DNA of 64,000 nucleotides from a virus (IMGVR_UViG_3300046171_000298:3209-67208), one strand, 5' to 3'. Counted from the stretch's first letter, positions 48,531 through 59,761 are shown. Notes: generated from the letters alone by a model not told the origin. Numbers and translations are program-made.

Positions 48531-50063
48531 TTATTTGTCCTTATCTTCATCCTCTTTTTTATTTAGCTCATCTCTAAAGGCTGTATTGAAATAATCAGTA
48601 CCTTCAGGAGCTGGCATATTAGGTACAAATCCAGATCCAAAGTTTGGATCATCATAATTACCATACAAATTACGCATGGTTAAATCGCCTCTACCCTGTA
48701 AATAGTTAATAGGCGTTTGCATTTGTTGTTGATAATTCTGCAACTCTGCTTGAATACCTCTACTCGCCATAGCAGCTTGAGAATTACCAAGAGTGGCAGC
48801 TAATGGATTAAAATTTTGATTCTGTCTATTGTATTGAAGTTGATTCATTTGCTGAAAATTAGCAGTAGATGCAGCCATACCGTTGCCATTACCGCCATCA
48901 TTGATAGTTAAGCTTTGATCTACATTACCGCCTACGAAATTACCAAAGACATTTCCTCCAATCGTATTAGTGTTGTTTGATGAATTATCTCTTCTATTAT
49001 CTGTATAGCTATTATCGGTGAAGTTTGTATTATTGCTGTTGGAAGTATTAGTGCCATATCCTCCATAGCTTCCAAATGAATATGGATTGAACCCTTGCGT
49101 ACTCATTGATGTGTATTGCTGGCTGTAAGAACCGCCGCTAGTGCCGCCATTATATGTTGTACTTTGATCAGAATTTCCACCAATAAAGCTACCACTTACA
49201 TCACCTTCAATGCGATTAGTATTGTTTGAGGAATTATCTTTACGATTATCTACATAACTATTGTCATTGACAACAGTATTATTACTATCACTTACATAAG
49301 GTTGAGTGACGTCAGAGCTGGAATCTGGCGTCGGAGTAGGTGCTGCTGGTGTCCGTGGCTGCTGCTGTGCTGGTGGTGGAGCAGGCGCTGATGGAGGTTC
49401 AGGTGTTCTTGCCGGAGGTGCATCTAGGACTCCTTCGCTTGAATCTGGTGCTGGAGTAGGTGTTGTAGGTGTGGGTGCTGTAGGTGTAGGGGCTGTAGGA
49501 GCCGGGTCTGGGTCAGTAACAGGAGTTCTTTCGGTTGACCCTAATTTATCTAATTGTTTATTTAAAAAATTCTGTGCACCACCTTTAAGATTTTTTTGTT
49601 TGAGCATGTCATTAGCTTTTTGAGCACCATGCTCGTTAATCATCTCTCTAACTTCAGCTTTATCAATTTGATTATCTTTCTTATTTCTTATCTCTTTCTT
49701 TAAGTTCTTTGCTTCTTCAGAGCCTTTTTTAACTTGGGCTTTTTTGTCTTGTGCTTTCTGTACAGCTTTTGAAGAATTTTTAGGCTTTGCTGGTGGCGGA
49801 GCAGGCGAAGGTGCTGGGGCAGGTTTGCCTTTAGTGTCTGAAAAATAAGAGTTATTATTATTTTTCTTTGATGAATTAGGTTTGTTAGTTTTATTAGATG
49901 ATTTCGGCGGACTTTGTTTAAATGATTCTTCTACATCTGAATTATTATCAGACATAGCTTTAGCACTTCTTTTAGCTTTCTTCGCATTAAAATCACGCTT
50001 AGAACCAAATCTAGCCTTTTGAGCATCGGTTAACTCTCCCCATTTTTTATCTGTTAACGCCAT
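48531..50063 (-). CDS. Low-complexity putative virion protein
   Basis: Lys-rich N-terminus, PT repeats, duplicated DNSYxDNRxDNSSNNTNxIxGxVxGxFxGGNxDQS. Confidence 0.65.
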   Translation of the reverse strand: MALTDKKWGELTDAQKARFGSKRDFNAKKAKRSAKAMSDNNSDVEESFKQSPPKSSNKTNKPNSSKKNNNNSYFSDTKGKPAPAPSPAPPPAKPKNSSKAVQKAQDKKAQVKKGSEEAKNLKKEIRNKKDNQIDKAEVREMINEHGAQKANDMLKQKNLKGGAQNFLNKQLDKLGSTERTPVTDPDPAPTAPTPTAPTPTTPTPAPDSSEGVLDAPPARTPEPPSAPAPPPAQQQPRTPAAPTPTPDSSSDVTQPYVSDSNNTVVNDNSYVDNRKDNSSNNTNRIEGDVSGSFIGGNSDQSTTYNGGTSGGSYSQQYTSMSTQGFNPYSFGSYGGYGTNTSNSNNTNFTDNSYTDNRRDNSSNNTNTIGGNVFGNFVGGNVDQSLTINDGGNGNGMAASTANFQQMNQLQYNRQNQNFNPLAATLGNSQAAMASRGIQAELQNYQQQMQTPINYLQGRGDLTMRNLYGNYDDPNFGSGFVPNMPAPEGTDYFNTAFRDELNKKEDEDKDK

Positions 50064-50080
50064 TACTGCTAATAAATACT

Positions 50081-51610
50081 TTAACTGTCACTATTGTAGT
50101 CAATCTGCAAACTACCTCTTCTCAGCAATCCACCAATTGTTAATACCATTGAATCAACAGCATCATCGTGAGATGCATGTCCAAAATTAAGAAGCTCTTC
50201 TTCTAATACATCCCATTTACGCCATTTGTTCCACACTACTTTTTTGTGTTCGTATAAACCTAAGACACCTCTTAATCTTGCTAACTTGTCACCTCTAAAT
50301 CCTTTTACAGGTGAGATACTTAAATTAAACAATGAACGCTCATCAAACATTATTCTTTTAAAATCACCTTCGAATGATGTTTGATATGCAATGGCTTCAG
50401 GCCAAATAATACAAGGGGAAGTAGTTGCAAAATATTTACCATCATCATTCTCAAGCAAAATATTCCAATCAGCCAACATCTCACATAATGTGTCCATTTT
50501 GTCAAGATTACCCATTGACCTACAACGTCTTTGGTCAATAAGATAAATCTTGCCTTCGTAAATCCCGGCTAATGTAAAGACTGTCCAATCGTTCTTCTCT
50601 CCTAAGCCTGCACTAAGGTCAATTCCAACACCAATACAATCATAATCTTCTGGTACTTCACCTTTGACAATTAACTCTGGTGATATCCCAACATCAGAAG
50701 ACTGTACAGCTGTATTTAAATACTGATAAGCAAAGGCAATTTTATCTTCTGCCTTTCTTTCTTTTAGATACTTCATTGACCAGAATTCAGGCCAATAAGA
50801 TCGTGATCTACCGTCTTCGTCTGTTATGACTGCTTTTTGTACGATTTGCTTCCAGTTATTCTTGGGGACAAATAAAGTGGCGTGTATGTCGTCAAAATGA
50901 AACCTCGTTCCCAAACAGATTGCCCTTGCACCTTGGAACATCGTAGGTGCAATGACATTAGACCACGTCTGTTCCATCTCACGTCGTATGTCCGGGTTAT
51001 TGATGGACGCAGCGGATTTAATAGGGTCATCGATAAGCACCAATTGGGAACGTTTTGAAGTAATTGCTCCTTTGAGACCTCCACACGCAACGGTAAATGC
51101 TTCTTCACCTGCTGTATCAATTCCTGCAAATTCATAATCAATACTCCAATACTCATCGGATCTTTTAATTTTTGAGAGCCTCACCATGGGAAAAATTTCC
51201 CTGTATTTGGCACTATTGAGTACACCTTTAATTGTTGCAGATTTTGCTCGGCTAATATCTACCATGTAAGCAATATAAAGTATTCGCAGCATCTGTTTAG
51301 CAGCAGCGTGGCGTCCAATCATCCATGCAGCAAACAGACCAAGAACAGTGCTCTTGGCAGAGCCTCTAGGAGCAAGAATGGCTGTATTAGGGCCGCCTAC
51401 GCCTAACAAGCACTCGGTATCTACTCCAGTACAAAGCTCGTTATGCCATTCCAACATATGCTTAGCTGGAGCTTTGCCCATAACAGTGCAGAACGCGGCA
51501 AAGTTTTCTCTAGCTGCTAAGACGTCCGCTGATGGTGCTTTAGTCGTTACTTTATTAGCCGACATCAAAGCGTTTCTTCTATACGCTAATGCCGCGCTTG
51601 CAATTGCCAT
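50081..51610 (-). CDS. terL: Terminase large subunit
   Basis: APRGSAKST (Walker A), LIDD (Walker B), GTRFHFDD, GIDLS, HDDAVD. Confidence 0.93.
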   Translation of the reverse strand: MAIASAALAYRRNALMSANKVTTKAPSADVLAARENFAAFCTVMGKAPAKHMLEWHNELCTGVDTECLLGVGGPNTAILAPRGSAKSTVLGLFAAWMIGRHAAAKQMLRILYIAYMVDISRAKSATIKGVLNSAKYREIFPMVRLSKIKRSDEYWSIDYEFAGIDTAGEEAFTVACGGLKGAITSKRSQLVLIDDPIKSAASINNPDIRREMEQTWSNVIAPTMFQGARAICLGTRFHFDDIHATLFVPKNNWKQIVQKAVITDEDGRSRSYWPEFWSMKYLKERKAEDKIAFAYQYLNTAVQSSDVGISPELIVKGEVPEDYDCIGVGIDLSAGLGEKNDWTVFTLAGIYEGKIYLIDQRRCRSMGNLDKMDTLCEMLADWNILLENDDGKYFATTSPCIIWPEAIAYQTSFEGDFKRIMFDERSLFNLSISPVKGFRGDKLARLRGVLGLYEHKKVVWNKWRKWDVLEEELLNFGHASHDDAVDSMVLTIGGLLRRGSLQIDYNSDS

Positions 51611-51637
51611 ACAAATTGTCTTCTTTATATTTCTATT

Positions 51638-52063
51638 TTATCTAATGATCTTGTATAATTCAGAGCTAACTCCAAGTAATTCACCAGCAAACCTGCGCAT
51701 AAACAAGTTTTTATTACGTTGATTGGAGCGACTTAATAAAGCCAGCCTGTTTCTATATTGTGTTTCTAACGCTTTAAAATATCGATCAATAGCTAACGAC
51801 TTTTTTCTTGCAACTAATTCAGAACGGTTTAAGTTTGCACGATTATCAGCAAATGCAAGACCTAGCTCTTGAGCGTATTTTGCTGCATCAATTTCTTTTG
51901 AATTAAACCCACGCAGCCTATCACTATCAATACTTAGAATTCTTGGCAGTGCTGACCTGGCTCTGAGCAAAGCATCTAAATACTGTACATCTACTCCCTT
52001 GATATTAGGAAGTTCAACTCCTGCTTCTAAGGACTTATAAATTGAATCAATTGTTCTATCCAT
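51638..52063 (-). CDS. Hypothetical protein
   Basis: ORF track. Confidence 0.6.
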   Translation of the reverse strand: MDRTIDSIYKSLEAGVELPNIKGVDVQYLDALLRARSALPRILSIDSDRLRGFNSKEIDAAKYAQELGLAFADNRANLNRSELVARKKSLAIDRYFKALETQYRNRLALLSRSNQRNKNLFMRRFAGELLGVSSELYKIIR

Positions 52064-52592
52064 TGCTCAACTCACTAGAAAGCTTTGCCCATACTGCATC
52101 AATAGCATTTTCGATAGGTTCAGCAAATTGTGGGTCATCTTTAAAAATACTGGTAAATTCACGGAAGACACGGTCTGCGCCAGCAAGAATTAGTCCACGC
52201 TTATCAGTACTGCGGTTTATTCTCTCGCTTGCTTCAATATGTGACCTAAGCTCTTTTTCAAGTGCGGCTAGCCTTGCAGCTCCATGGTCTCCTTTGATTT
52301 CACCAGAGGTAATTGCCATACGTAGCTCTTGAATATCAGAGTGAAGTGCAGCAATTTCACTATTTAAAATCTCACGTCGATTGAGCTTTTTATATTTCAT
52401 CTTGACCCAACGATGTAGGTCATTAAAAGTACCGCTGTATCCCAGTATTCCAGCAAATACCCAGATTTCAATAATTGATGGAGTTACATCTGCAAAGTCT
52501 TTAAAATCCTCACTATCAGCTGCTGGTAGTGTATCAAGCCACTGATCAACAATTGTCAGATAGACTTTACTTGCTTTCTTGCTGTCAACCAT
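52056..52592 (-). CDS. Helical protein, possible terminase small subunit
   Basis: Size, coiled coil, two genes upstream of terL (positional inference only). Confidence 0.4.
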   Translation of the reverse strand: MVDSKKASKVYLTIVDQWLDTLPAADSEDFKDFADVTPSIIEIWVFAGILGYSGTFNDLHRWVKMKYKKLNRREILNSEIAALHSDIQELRMAITSGEIKGDHGAARLAALEKELRSHIEASERINRSTDKRGLILAGADRVFREFTSIFKDDPQFAEPIENAIDAVWAKLSSELSNG

Positions 52593-54754
52593 TACATCAT
52601 CCCCGCTAAGTTACGAGCGTAACTACTTTGATTAGCTCTATCTTTGGATTTCAGTTTATTCTCTAATTCTAATGTCTTACGGGTATCATCTCCTGCAACC
52701 TTAGTCTTTCTAACGTCTTGGTCACCTTTAGCACCAATCTGCTCAACAGCCTGGTCACCCACCATTCCTTGAATTGTTTTATCTACTAATCCTTGAGCAC
52801 TAATTCTACTTTCTTCAACATCACCTCTTTCTTGAATCTGACGTGATTCAATATCACCTGCTAATGAGGTCTCAGATTGACGATTGGTTGACTTAATATT
52901 CTCTAATGTAGTATCCGCAAGAGTTTGCGCTTTAATTAAACGTTCGTCAGCTTCAGACTGTGTAATAATACGAGCTTGATCGGCAACACTAGTAGCACCA
53001 ATCTTTGAAACATCAATTTCACCTTGTTTTTCTAATACATCAAGTTGAACATCACCTTCAGCACCAATTTGCTCAATAGATTGCTCACCTGCTTTTTCTA
53101 GGCGCTCCATTTCAGCACGATCTACCATACTTTGAATCTTTTCATTGCTGAATATGTTGGCCTGTAGCTCTTTAAATTTTTGATTGCCAATGAGTTTTTG
53201 AAGATCCTTTTCTTGTATGCCAGTCTGACGTAGTAGTGTCTCATCTACCTTACCTTGTGTTGCGATCTGCTTCAACACACCTGTATTTTTTAAACGCTCT
53301 AAATCCTGCTCATTTACACCAATCTTTGATAATTCAGTCTCGATTTGCAGTATTGCTTGGCGACCCTTCATTCTTTGAAGAGTTTCGTTACTACTAATCT
53401 CAGCATTAAGACGGTCTAAAGCGCCTGAATCTACTAATGCTTGTAGACTACGATCTTCTATCCCACCCTCTTTCAGTAAGCGAGAGTCAATACTGCCTTT
53501 TTCTAATATTTGATCTATAACTCCGCTTTGACGAAGACCTTCAAGCTTGCGTTCATTAATGCCTGATTCACGCAATTCTGTTAAAAGCTGATCTTTAGCT
53601 TGTGCACCCACCATACTTTGAATAGTGACATTGTTGCCCATTTCAACATTTAATCTATCTAGTGCTCCAGAATCTACCAACTCTTGTAGTTTACGATCCT
53701 CTATTCCGCCTTTTTGCAGGAGCTCTCCATCAACACGCCCTTGCTCTGCGATTTGCTTAATTGCTCCAGTCGTCTGTAACCCCTGTAGCGCTTGCTCATT
53801 AAATCCCGCCAACGTTAATTCCTCTTTTATTTGCTTGACAGCCTCTGCACCTTTTAATCCAACTAATCTCTCATTAGATGCAAGCTCATTATTTAATCGA
53901 ATAAGTTGTGCATCATTATTTAAGCCAACTATATCTGTTTCAATTCTCCCTCTTTCAAGTATTTTAGCTAACTCTCCATCAACTACTAACTGCTGTAAGT
54001 CACGATCTTCAACACCTGCTGCCTTTAGCTCCTGAAGCATATAATCTTTTGCAATAACACCTTGCACTCCTGCTAAATCAATCTGATTTCGTGCAGCATT
54101 ATCTTGTGTAAGGCGATTTTGATCACCATCAATTTTCCTGAGGTTACCCTCTAAGTCAGCCTTAAGCCCTAATTCAGTTAACCTTTCTTCAGCTCGGTTA
54201 AACTCAAATTGGTTTTGTAACGTAAACTCGTTTGATTGATTTAACGCATTAAAGAGTGCGTCGTACTCTGACCTTTGCAGATAATCAGCTCTATCTTGTG
54301 TAAGCTCTGCATCTCTGACAAACAAACCACGAGAAGCATCTGCATCAGCATTTGACTGACGATATTGTGTATCAAGAAATTTACTAGCTACATTACCAAT
54401 AAATTCATTCTTCAACGCAGCTCCAGTAGAGCCTTCTTTATGAGGTGTATTTAATATATATTCAAGAGCATTGTCTAAACCGCTGATACCTTGAGCTACA
54501 TTATCGTTCTTAATTCCAAAGTCATCACTTGATACGTTATTAGTCTCGGCAGATACAGAAGATGTATATGTATTATTTAAATATTTCTCTGCATTGCCCG
54601 CAAATGTAAGCCCTGCCTTTTGAATATATTTTTTCACATCTTCAGGTGATAATCCTGCAGCTTCCATACCTTGCAGCTCAACACCTCCAACTTTGGCACC
54701 TAAATTAATTCCATTCTTTTTTAAATAATCTTCTACAGTTTTCGCTGTGGCCAT
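52592..54754 (-). CDS. Long alpha-helical repeat protein (putative internal/ejection protein)
   Basis: ~81-aa tandem repeats, e.g. GGIEDRxLQxLVDSGALDRLNxE twice. Confidence 0.65.
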   Translation of the reverse strand: MATAKTVEDYLKKNGINLGAKVGGVELQGMEAAGLSPEDVKKYIQKAGLTFAGNAEKYLNNTYTSSVSAETNNVSSDDFGIKNDNVAQGISGLDNALEYILNTPHKEGSTGAALKNEFIGNVASKFLDTQYRQSNADADASRGLFVRDAELTQDRADYLQRSEYDALFNALNQSNEFTLQNQFEFNRAEERLTELGLKADLEGNLRKIDGDQNRLTQDNAARNQIDLAGVQGVIAKDYMLQELKAAGVEDRDLQQLVVDGELAKILERGRIETDIVGLNNDAQLIRLNNELASNERLVGLKGAEAVKQIKEELTLAGFNEQALQGLQTTGAIKQIAEQGRVDGELLQKGGIEDRKLQELVDSGALDRLNVEMGNNVTIQSMVGAQAKDQLLTELRESGINERKLEGLRQSGVIDQILEKGSIDSRLLKEGGIEDRSLQALVDSGALDRLNAEISSNETLQRMKGRQAILQIETELSKIGVNEQDLERLKNTGVLKQIATQGKVDETLLRQTGIQEKDLQKLIGNQKFKELQANIFSNEKIQSMVDRAEMERLEKAGEQSIEQIGAEGDVQLDVLEKQGEIDVSKIGATSVADQARIITQSEADERLIKAQTLADTTLENIKSTNRQSETSLAGDIESRQIQERGDVEESRISAQGLVDKTIQGMVGDQAVEQIGAKGDQDVRKTKVAGDDTRKTLELENKLKSKDRANQSSYARNLAGMM

Positions 54755-54823
54755 CTCTATATGTACTCGAAAGCTTCTTTAATTCTACAAAGTTAGAATA
54801 GTGAAAGAATAAGCTTAACTTAA

Positions 54824-55330
54824 ATGTCTTTGCATAGGGCTGCAGCAAATAGTGGAAGATTCAGTGATGATAGTCCAATGCGTAGCTTTGGTGAAATTGG
54901 ACTAGAACGCAAAAGACGTAATCAGGAGAATGAACTGTTTGATAAAGGACTGTTCACTGATTCTGTACTTAAAGATAAGAAACGCGATTACGATCTCTGG
55001 TCAACTAAACAACAAATAGCTTTAAATCGCGAAACAGGCGCAGCTCAAAGGTTTGCTGGCGGCCTAAGCATGCTCGGACAAGCTGCTGGAGCATACGGTG
55101 GCGCACGTATGGATGCAGCTGCTGATGCTGCAAGAGAAAGCCGATTTAAAGGCTTGATGGATGGCTCTCAGTATGGATCACATGGAGGTTTTGGGAGCCC
55201 AGTTGATTTTGGTAATATTGGAACAGGTGATTATACATATAACTCTAGTTTCCCGACTATTGGGGAATCTAAAATGAGTTCTAGTTTTCCGACTTTTGGT
55301 GATAAATACGGCGTATTCGGAGGGAATTAA
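54824..55330 (+). CDS. Gly-rich putative internal virion protein
   Basis: ORF track; TAGAAT upstream. Confidence 0.55.
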   Translation: MSLHRAAANSGRFSDDSPMRSFGEIGLERKRRNQENELFDKGLFTDSVLKDKKRDYDLWSTKQQIALNRETGAAQRFAGGLSMLGQAAGAYGGARMDAAADAARESRFKGLMDGSQYGSHGGFGSPVDFGNIGTGDYTYNSSFPTIGESKMSSSFPTFGDKYGVFGGN

Positions 55331-55332
55331 TT

Positions 55333-57069
55333 ATGAGCACTCAAGTTTATAAACCTATTGACAATAGAGCTTTCCGCGGCACCACTGTTGATGTTCAATC
55401 ATCAACAATGAACAATGGCATGGGAGGTAGTCATCTCAAATTAAATCAACCTAAACAAGCATCAAAAGCCCTACTCGGTTCCGCCACCAAAGCAGCTAAG
55501 TTTGGAAAAGTGTTAGGTCCTGTCGGAACTATCTTTAATGCGGGAGTATCGATTGCCACTGCAGATAAATCTCAAGGAGCAGCTGGTATTGCGGGTGATG
55601 TCTTTGCAGAAACCGGTGGGTACATGCTGGGTGCGGCAAAAGGTGCTGCTATTGGGTCATTTTTAGGTCCAATTGGTACGGCAGTTGGAGGTGTGACGGG
55701 AGGATTAATAGGTGGCGGTGTGGCTAGCTGGGGTATGGATCAAGTCCAAAACTTATGGCGTCAAAATACTTCATCTGACTCAACTAAATACCGGAATAGT
55801 CCAGCTCCTACCGCCAATCCGAATGGTATTCCGCAAACAGGTACTGCTACTACTACTCGTGGCTTTGCAGATCTACGCGGTTCTATTACACCTGGCTCGT
55901 CCGACGCTGCTCCGATTAATAATGGAGCTGTATTAGCTAATGCCGGAGCAGATCAGTGGCAGCAGAATAAAAAGAGTGCAGGTAAAGATATAACCAAAGC
56001 TGAAGTCCCTGTACTCAACAAGTCCTACGGCAGTATGTCTCGTAAAGAGATTAATGAGGCATATGACCAAATGAGATACGGTGATAACTTTGATAAGGCC
56101 CGTGAGGCTATGGGTAAGGCAAAAGGTAACCCTTTTGATAGTACAAATAATCCTGAGAAGTTTTTAGTAGATGCTGCAGGTCAAAAGAAGGCTGTAGAAC
56201 AAGGGCTTGAAATGCATAAGAGCTTCTTTGCTCAAGGCGGTGGCCGCTCTCGTGAATTAAATGGTACTAGTCCTACGTCTAGTTCTAGACAATTAAGTCC
56301 AGCTGCAAAACCTAATGAGCCTGGTAGTGGTGTGAGGAGTGAGCGACTTGGCACCCTTGTTTCTGCTCACGATAAACACAATAATTTTTCTGGCAAGCAC
56401 CAAAAAAATAGTCCTGGCAGTGGGCAGCCTGGAGGTCGTACAGTAAAAGACGTTTTTTCTAGGGCAGTTCATCCACCTAGCTCATCATCTAGAAATAAAC
56501 GGGGATCTGGAAAACGCAATAATGCGGTCGGCAAGGCTAATTCCTATTTAAAAGGCAACTCCGCAAGCGGAAGCTCTTTATCTGAGGATGAGAAATATGA
56601 TCTTTCACTACTCCGTCGTGTTGAATCAGACGGCTCTGGAGGCTACGAAGCTGTCAATCAATTTGGTTTTGCAGATGGTCATCAGAACTATTGGGAGAAT
56701 CCAAATACTGGCAAGCGTAGTTACGTTGGTGCTTTTTCAAAAATGCCTCAGCATCGCGGCCGAAAGCTGACTGATATGTCTGTCCAAGAAATTATGGATC
56801 TGCAGTCGAATAATAATATGTCGAATGAAGAGTGGGCTAATAGTGGACGTCTTCATGCAGTTGGAGCTTATCAATTTATTGGTAGTACTTTGGCTAGTGA
56901 AGTGGCACGGCAAGGCATTGATCCTAATGCTAAGTTTACTTCAGATTTACAAGATAGAATAGGTTTAAACTACTTGAAGCATACAGGCGATATCTCTAAG
57001 TGGGTTGGTACTAATAACTTATCTGATGAAGAAAAAGCATATTTAAATAAGAAATACTCTAGAAGCTAA
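55333..57069 (+). CDS. Putative virion protein with Gly-zipper helices and C-terminal lysozyme-like muramidase
   Basis: GAAKGAAIGSFLGPIGTAVGG; RRVES..GGYEAVN...AVGAYQFI..TL....KFT..LQD. Confidence 0.75.
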   Translation: MSTQVYKPIDNRAFRGTTVDVQSSTMNNGMGGSHLKLNQPKQASKALLGSATKAAKFGKVLGPVGTIFNAGVSIATADKSQGAAGIAGDVFAETGGYMLGAAKGAAIGSFLGPIGTAVGGVTGGLIGGGVASWGMDQVQNLWRQNTSSDSTKYRNSPAPTANPNGIPQTGTATTTRGFADLRGSITPGSSDAAPINNGAVLANAGADQWQQNKKSAGKDITKAEVPVLNKSYGSMSRKEINEAYDQMRYGDNFDKAREAMGKAKGNPFDSTNNPEKFLVDAAGQKKAVEQGLEMHKSFFAQGGGRSRELNGTSPTSSSRQLSPAAKPNEPGSGVRSERLGTLVSAHDKHNNFSGKHQKNSPGSGQPGGRTVKDVFSRAVHPPSSSSRNKRGSGKRNNAVGKANSYLKGNSASGSSLSEDEKYDLSLLRRVESDGSGGYEAVNQFGFADGHQNYWENPNTGKRSYVGAFSKMPQHRGRKLTDMSVQEIMDLQSNNNMSNEEWANSGRLHAVGAYQFIGSTLASEVARQGIDPNAKFTSDLQDRIGLNYLKHTGDISKWVGTNNLSDEEKAYLNKKYSRS

Positions 57070-57071
57070 TC

Positions 57072-57683
57072 TTACGCGCTTAATATTGCAGCTAACGCAC
57101 CACCCATACCTAACATAGCGTTCTGTGTATCACGACGTCTTTGATGGGCTCTATCATACATACGCTCTTGCATCGCAAACATATTCATTCTGTCTTGTTG
57201 TGCCATTCGCTCTCTTTGTAATTGATAGACAGGGCTATTTGCCTCAATTTGTTGCCTATATTCAATATCTTTTCTTTTTTCGGATTCTATGGCTTCCCTC
57301 AGCGGCTGAACCAATGAATTTCTCGCCTGCTCGATGGTCATTCCTGGATTGAAGTTAGGAAGTTCAATCCCTTGTGCACTTATGCGGTCTCTGGTTGCTC
57401 GGGTAGCGTCATTTATTTTACTTAATTTTTTATCGCCAATTTCCTTATCGCTATCTATCAGACCCACGCTTTGACCTAAGGATTGAAATAAGCCTTTATT
57501 TTCAATTGTGTATTCATTGGTGTCTTTGTTCCACGTACCTTGTTTTTCTAACAAGTCATTTTCCATCCCACTTGTAATGCCTTGACCTAAATTGCCAAGC
57601 GCATCAGCAGCCATTCCAACAGTTGCTACAGTTGATACTGGTACAAACGCTTTACCGGCAAATCTCAATAACTGCTTTCTCAT
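57072..57683 (-). CDS. Putative internal virion protein
   Basis: ORF track; hydrophobic termini. Confidence 0.6.
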   Translation of the reverse strand: MRKQLLRFAGKAFVPVSTVATVGMAADALGNLGQGITSGMENDLLEKQGTWNKDTNEYTIENKGLFQSLGQSVGLIDSDKEIGDKKLSKINDATRATRDRISAQGIELPNFNPGMTIEQARNSLVQPLREAIESEKRKDIEYRQQIEANSPVYQLQRERMAQQDRMNMFAMQERMYDRAHQRRRDTQNAMLGMGGALAAILSA

Positions 57684-58105
57684 TAGCCCATACCTCCAGT
57701 CATCATTCTGTACTCTTCAAGTGTCATCGGCTGCTGCTCGTTAACTTCGCTTCCGAATAAGTTACTTGCAATAGCACCAGTGCCAAGTAAGCCTGCACTA
57801 ATAGTTGCTGGCATTACAGCACGGACAATTTCAGGATGCTGAGCTCTGAACTCTCTTCCAGCCATTCGTGTTTTACCAGGGATCATTTCAGCAATGTTAT
57901 CAATGCCACTTTTGATGCCTCTCTGAGTATTAGCATCTGTACCCATGCCTACTTTCAAAGCTTTTTTAATAAAGCTATCATCCATCGCATCGACATAACC
58001 GTCGGCACGACCCACCATATCGTTTGCAAAATTACGCAATCTACTGCCAATTCCTGGCTGATGCTTTGCGCTTCTAGATACTGCTTTCACGAGTGCTAAT
58101 GACAT
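57683..58105 (-). CDS. Putative internal virion protein
   Basis: GGAGG RBS; Gly-rich hydrophobic helix. Confidence 0.6.
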   Translation of the reverse strand: MSLALVKAVSRSAKHQPGIGSRLRNFANDMVGRADGYVDAMDDSFIKKALKVGMGTDANTQRGIKSGIDNIAEMIPGKTRMAGREFRAQHPEIVRAVMPATISAGLLGTGAIASNLFGSEVNEQQPMTLEEYRMMTGGMG

Positions 58106-58117
58106 GACTTTACCTCC

Positions 58118-58519
58118 TTACATGAAACTGGTTACACCACTTAGTGCAGCCATTGCTGGACCTGCGCCAGGAGCAGCAACACTTAAGCCCAGTTTTGCCA
58201 GACCTAAACCAGCTTGTATAAACCCTCCTGTTTTAGTTCTCTCATTAGCTCTCCTCTGCTCTTCAGCTTTCATATTAAAAATCTTCTTCCCCATATCAAT
58301 ATCTTTATCTTGTTCAAAATAATCAGCAACAGCTTTTTTATCAAATCTATCTTCTTGATCTCTTAAGCCGTCTACAATATCTGTTGCTTTGGAAAATGAA
58401 CCCATTTGAGGGCCAGTGTCTTTACCTCTATTTGTCAAATCAAATGCCAACCCCCCTGCAGTGCGGTTCTCTCCTGGCCCACGATATTGATCAAAATTTA
58501 AACTAGAACGGAACGCCAC
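58118..58519 (-). CDS. Putative internal virion protein
   Basis: AGGAG RBS + GTG; Gly/Ala C-terminal helix. Confidence 0.6.
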   Translation of the reverse strand: MAFRSSLNFDQYRGPGENRTAGGLAFDLTNRGKDTGPQMGSFSKATDIVDGLRDQEDRFDKKAVADYFEQDKDIDMGKKIFNMKAEEQRRANERTKTGGFIQAGLGLAKLGLSVAAPGAGPAMAALSGVTSFM

Positions 58520-58556
58520 AATATCGTGCTCCTAACTTATTAACTATTCTAGTGTA

Positions 58557-59745
58557 TCAAGAAATGTACATCTCTTTTTCGTTTTCTTCTGCATTGCGGC
58601 GTCTACGTTCTTGCTCTAAAACATTTCCTGCTACCTGACCTGCTGCTAATCCTCCTAAGCCCCCCATAAAACCTCTACCTATAGTGTTCTTCTTAGATCT
58701 AACTCCTAATGCTCCTCCAGCTAAAGCGCCGATATAAGGAACGATTCCTGTAGTTACAGGCAGGCTCTTACCTAGGAATTGCACTTCAGGTCCGTGAATA
58801 CCTTCTGTCGTTGTCTTAAGCGCACCAGCAAGCATTGTTGTATCTCCATCTAATGGATTCCAGTCTTCCTTCTTGTCGTACTTAAAGGCCTTATACTTGC
58901 CGTATTCTTCAGGGACTTACATCCGGTCCTGACTTTTACAAACTCATCATACGGCAGCAGCTGTCCTGTTCTGCCCATAAAATATTTCAAGCCAACTTCA
59001 CCCACAACGTTTGCTGTTTTGGTTGGATCATCCTCACTTGGAATAGCTGCCTTATAACCTTCTGCACCTCCAAAAGGTGTCATTAAACCTAAACCTGTAT
59101 TAATGGCTATACCAGTTGGAATAGCTAAAGCAGCAACATGCCCAGGCTGGAAATTACGCTTTTCATAATAAGCATTTTTACCTTCACCTTTAACTGAAAC
59201 ACCACGTTTAGGTTTACCTTGCTTGTTAATAATTTCTTGCTCTTTAGCCTGGCGGTAGGACGTTGTTTTTAGTGGCTCATTTGTCAGGTTATTGATAACT
59301 GTACTCTTTCCATAAAGCTTTGGATTAGCAGCGTTAAAACAGCTTCTGTGCCAACCTGAGCAGCAGCTTGAGCAGCGTTCATTAACCACCAGAAATTTCT
59401 TGTTCCATCTTGAGTGAGGTCAGCTGCAACCGTACCTACTCTTTGTCCCAAACGTTTACCAGCTGTATCCATCATCCCCATATCCATCTCTTCCCTTGCC
59501 GCTACGCCTTCAGGGGAGGCCATGCCGAATGCCTCTCGTGTCCTGTATGTAGGTGGGTGTGAGGACGTCATTGCAGTGAAACGGGGAGCTTCAGGCTGAA
59601 GGCCTTGCTTCTCACGCATTAGGTACATCATCCGAGCATTATCTTCTCGACCAATTCCATAGTCACTACGAAACCCTTCTACAAAATCACTAGCACCACT
59701 TTTGATGGTTCCCATGATTTTTTCAATGGACCTGTATCTCGACAT
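58557..59745 (-). CDS. Putative internal virion protein; one gene broken by frameshifts (~59340, ~58920)
   Basis: ORFs 59284..59745, 58850..59389 and 58557..58835 overlap in register. Confidence 0.55.
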
Positions 59746-59761
59746 CAGATAATACCTGAAC

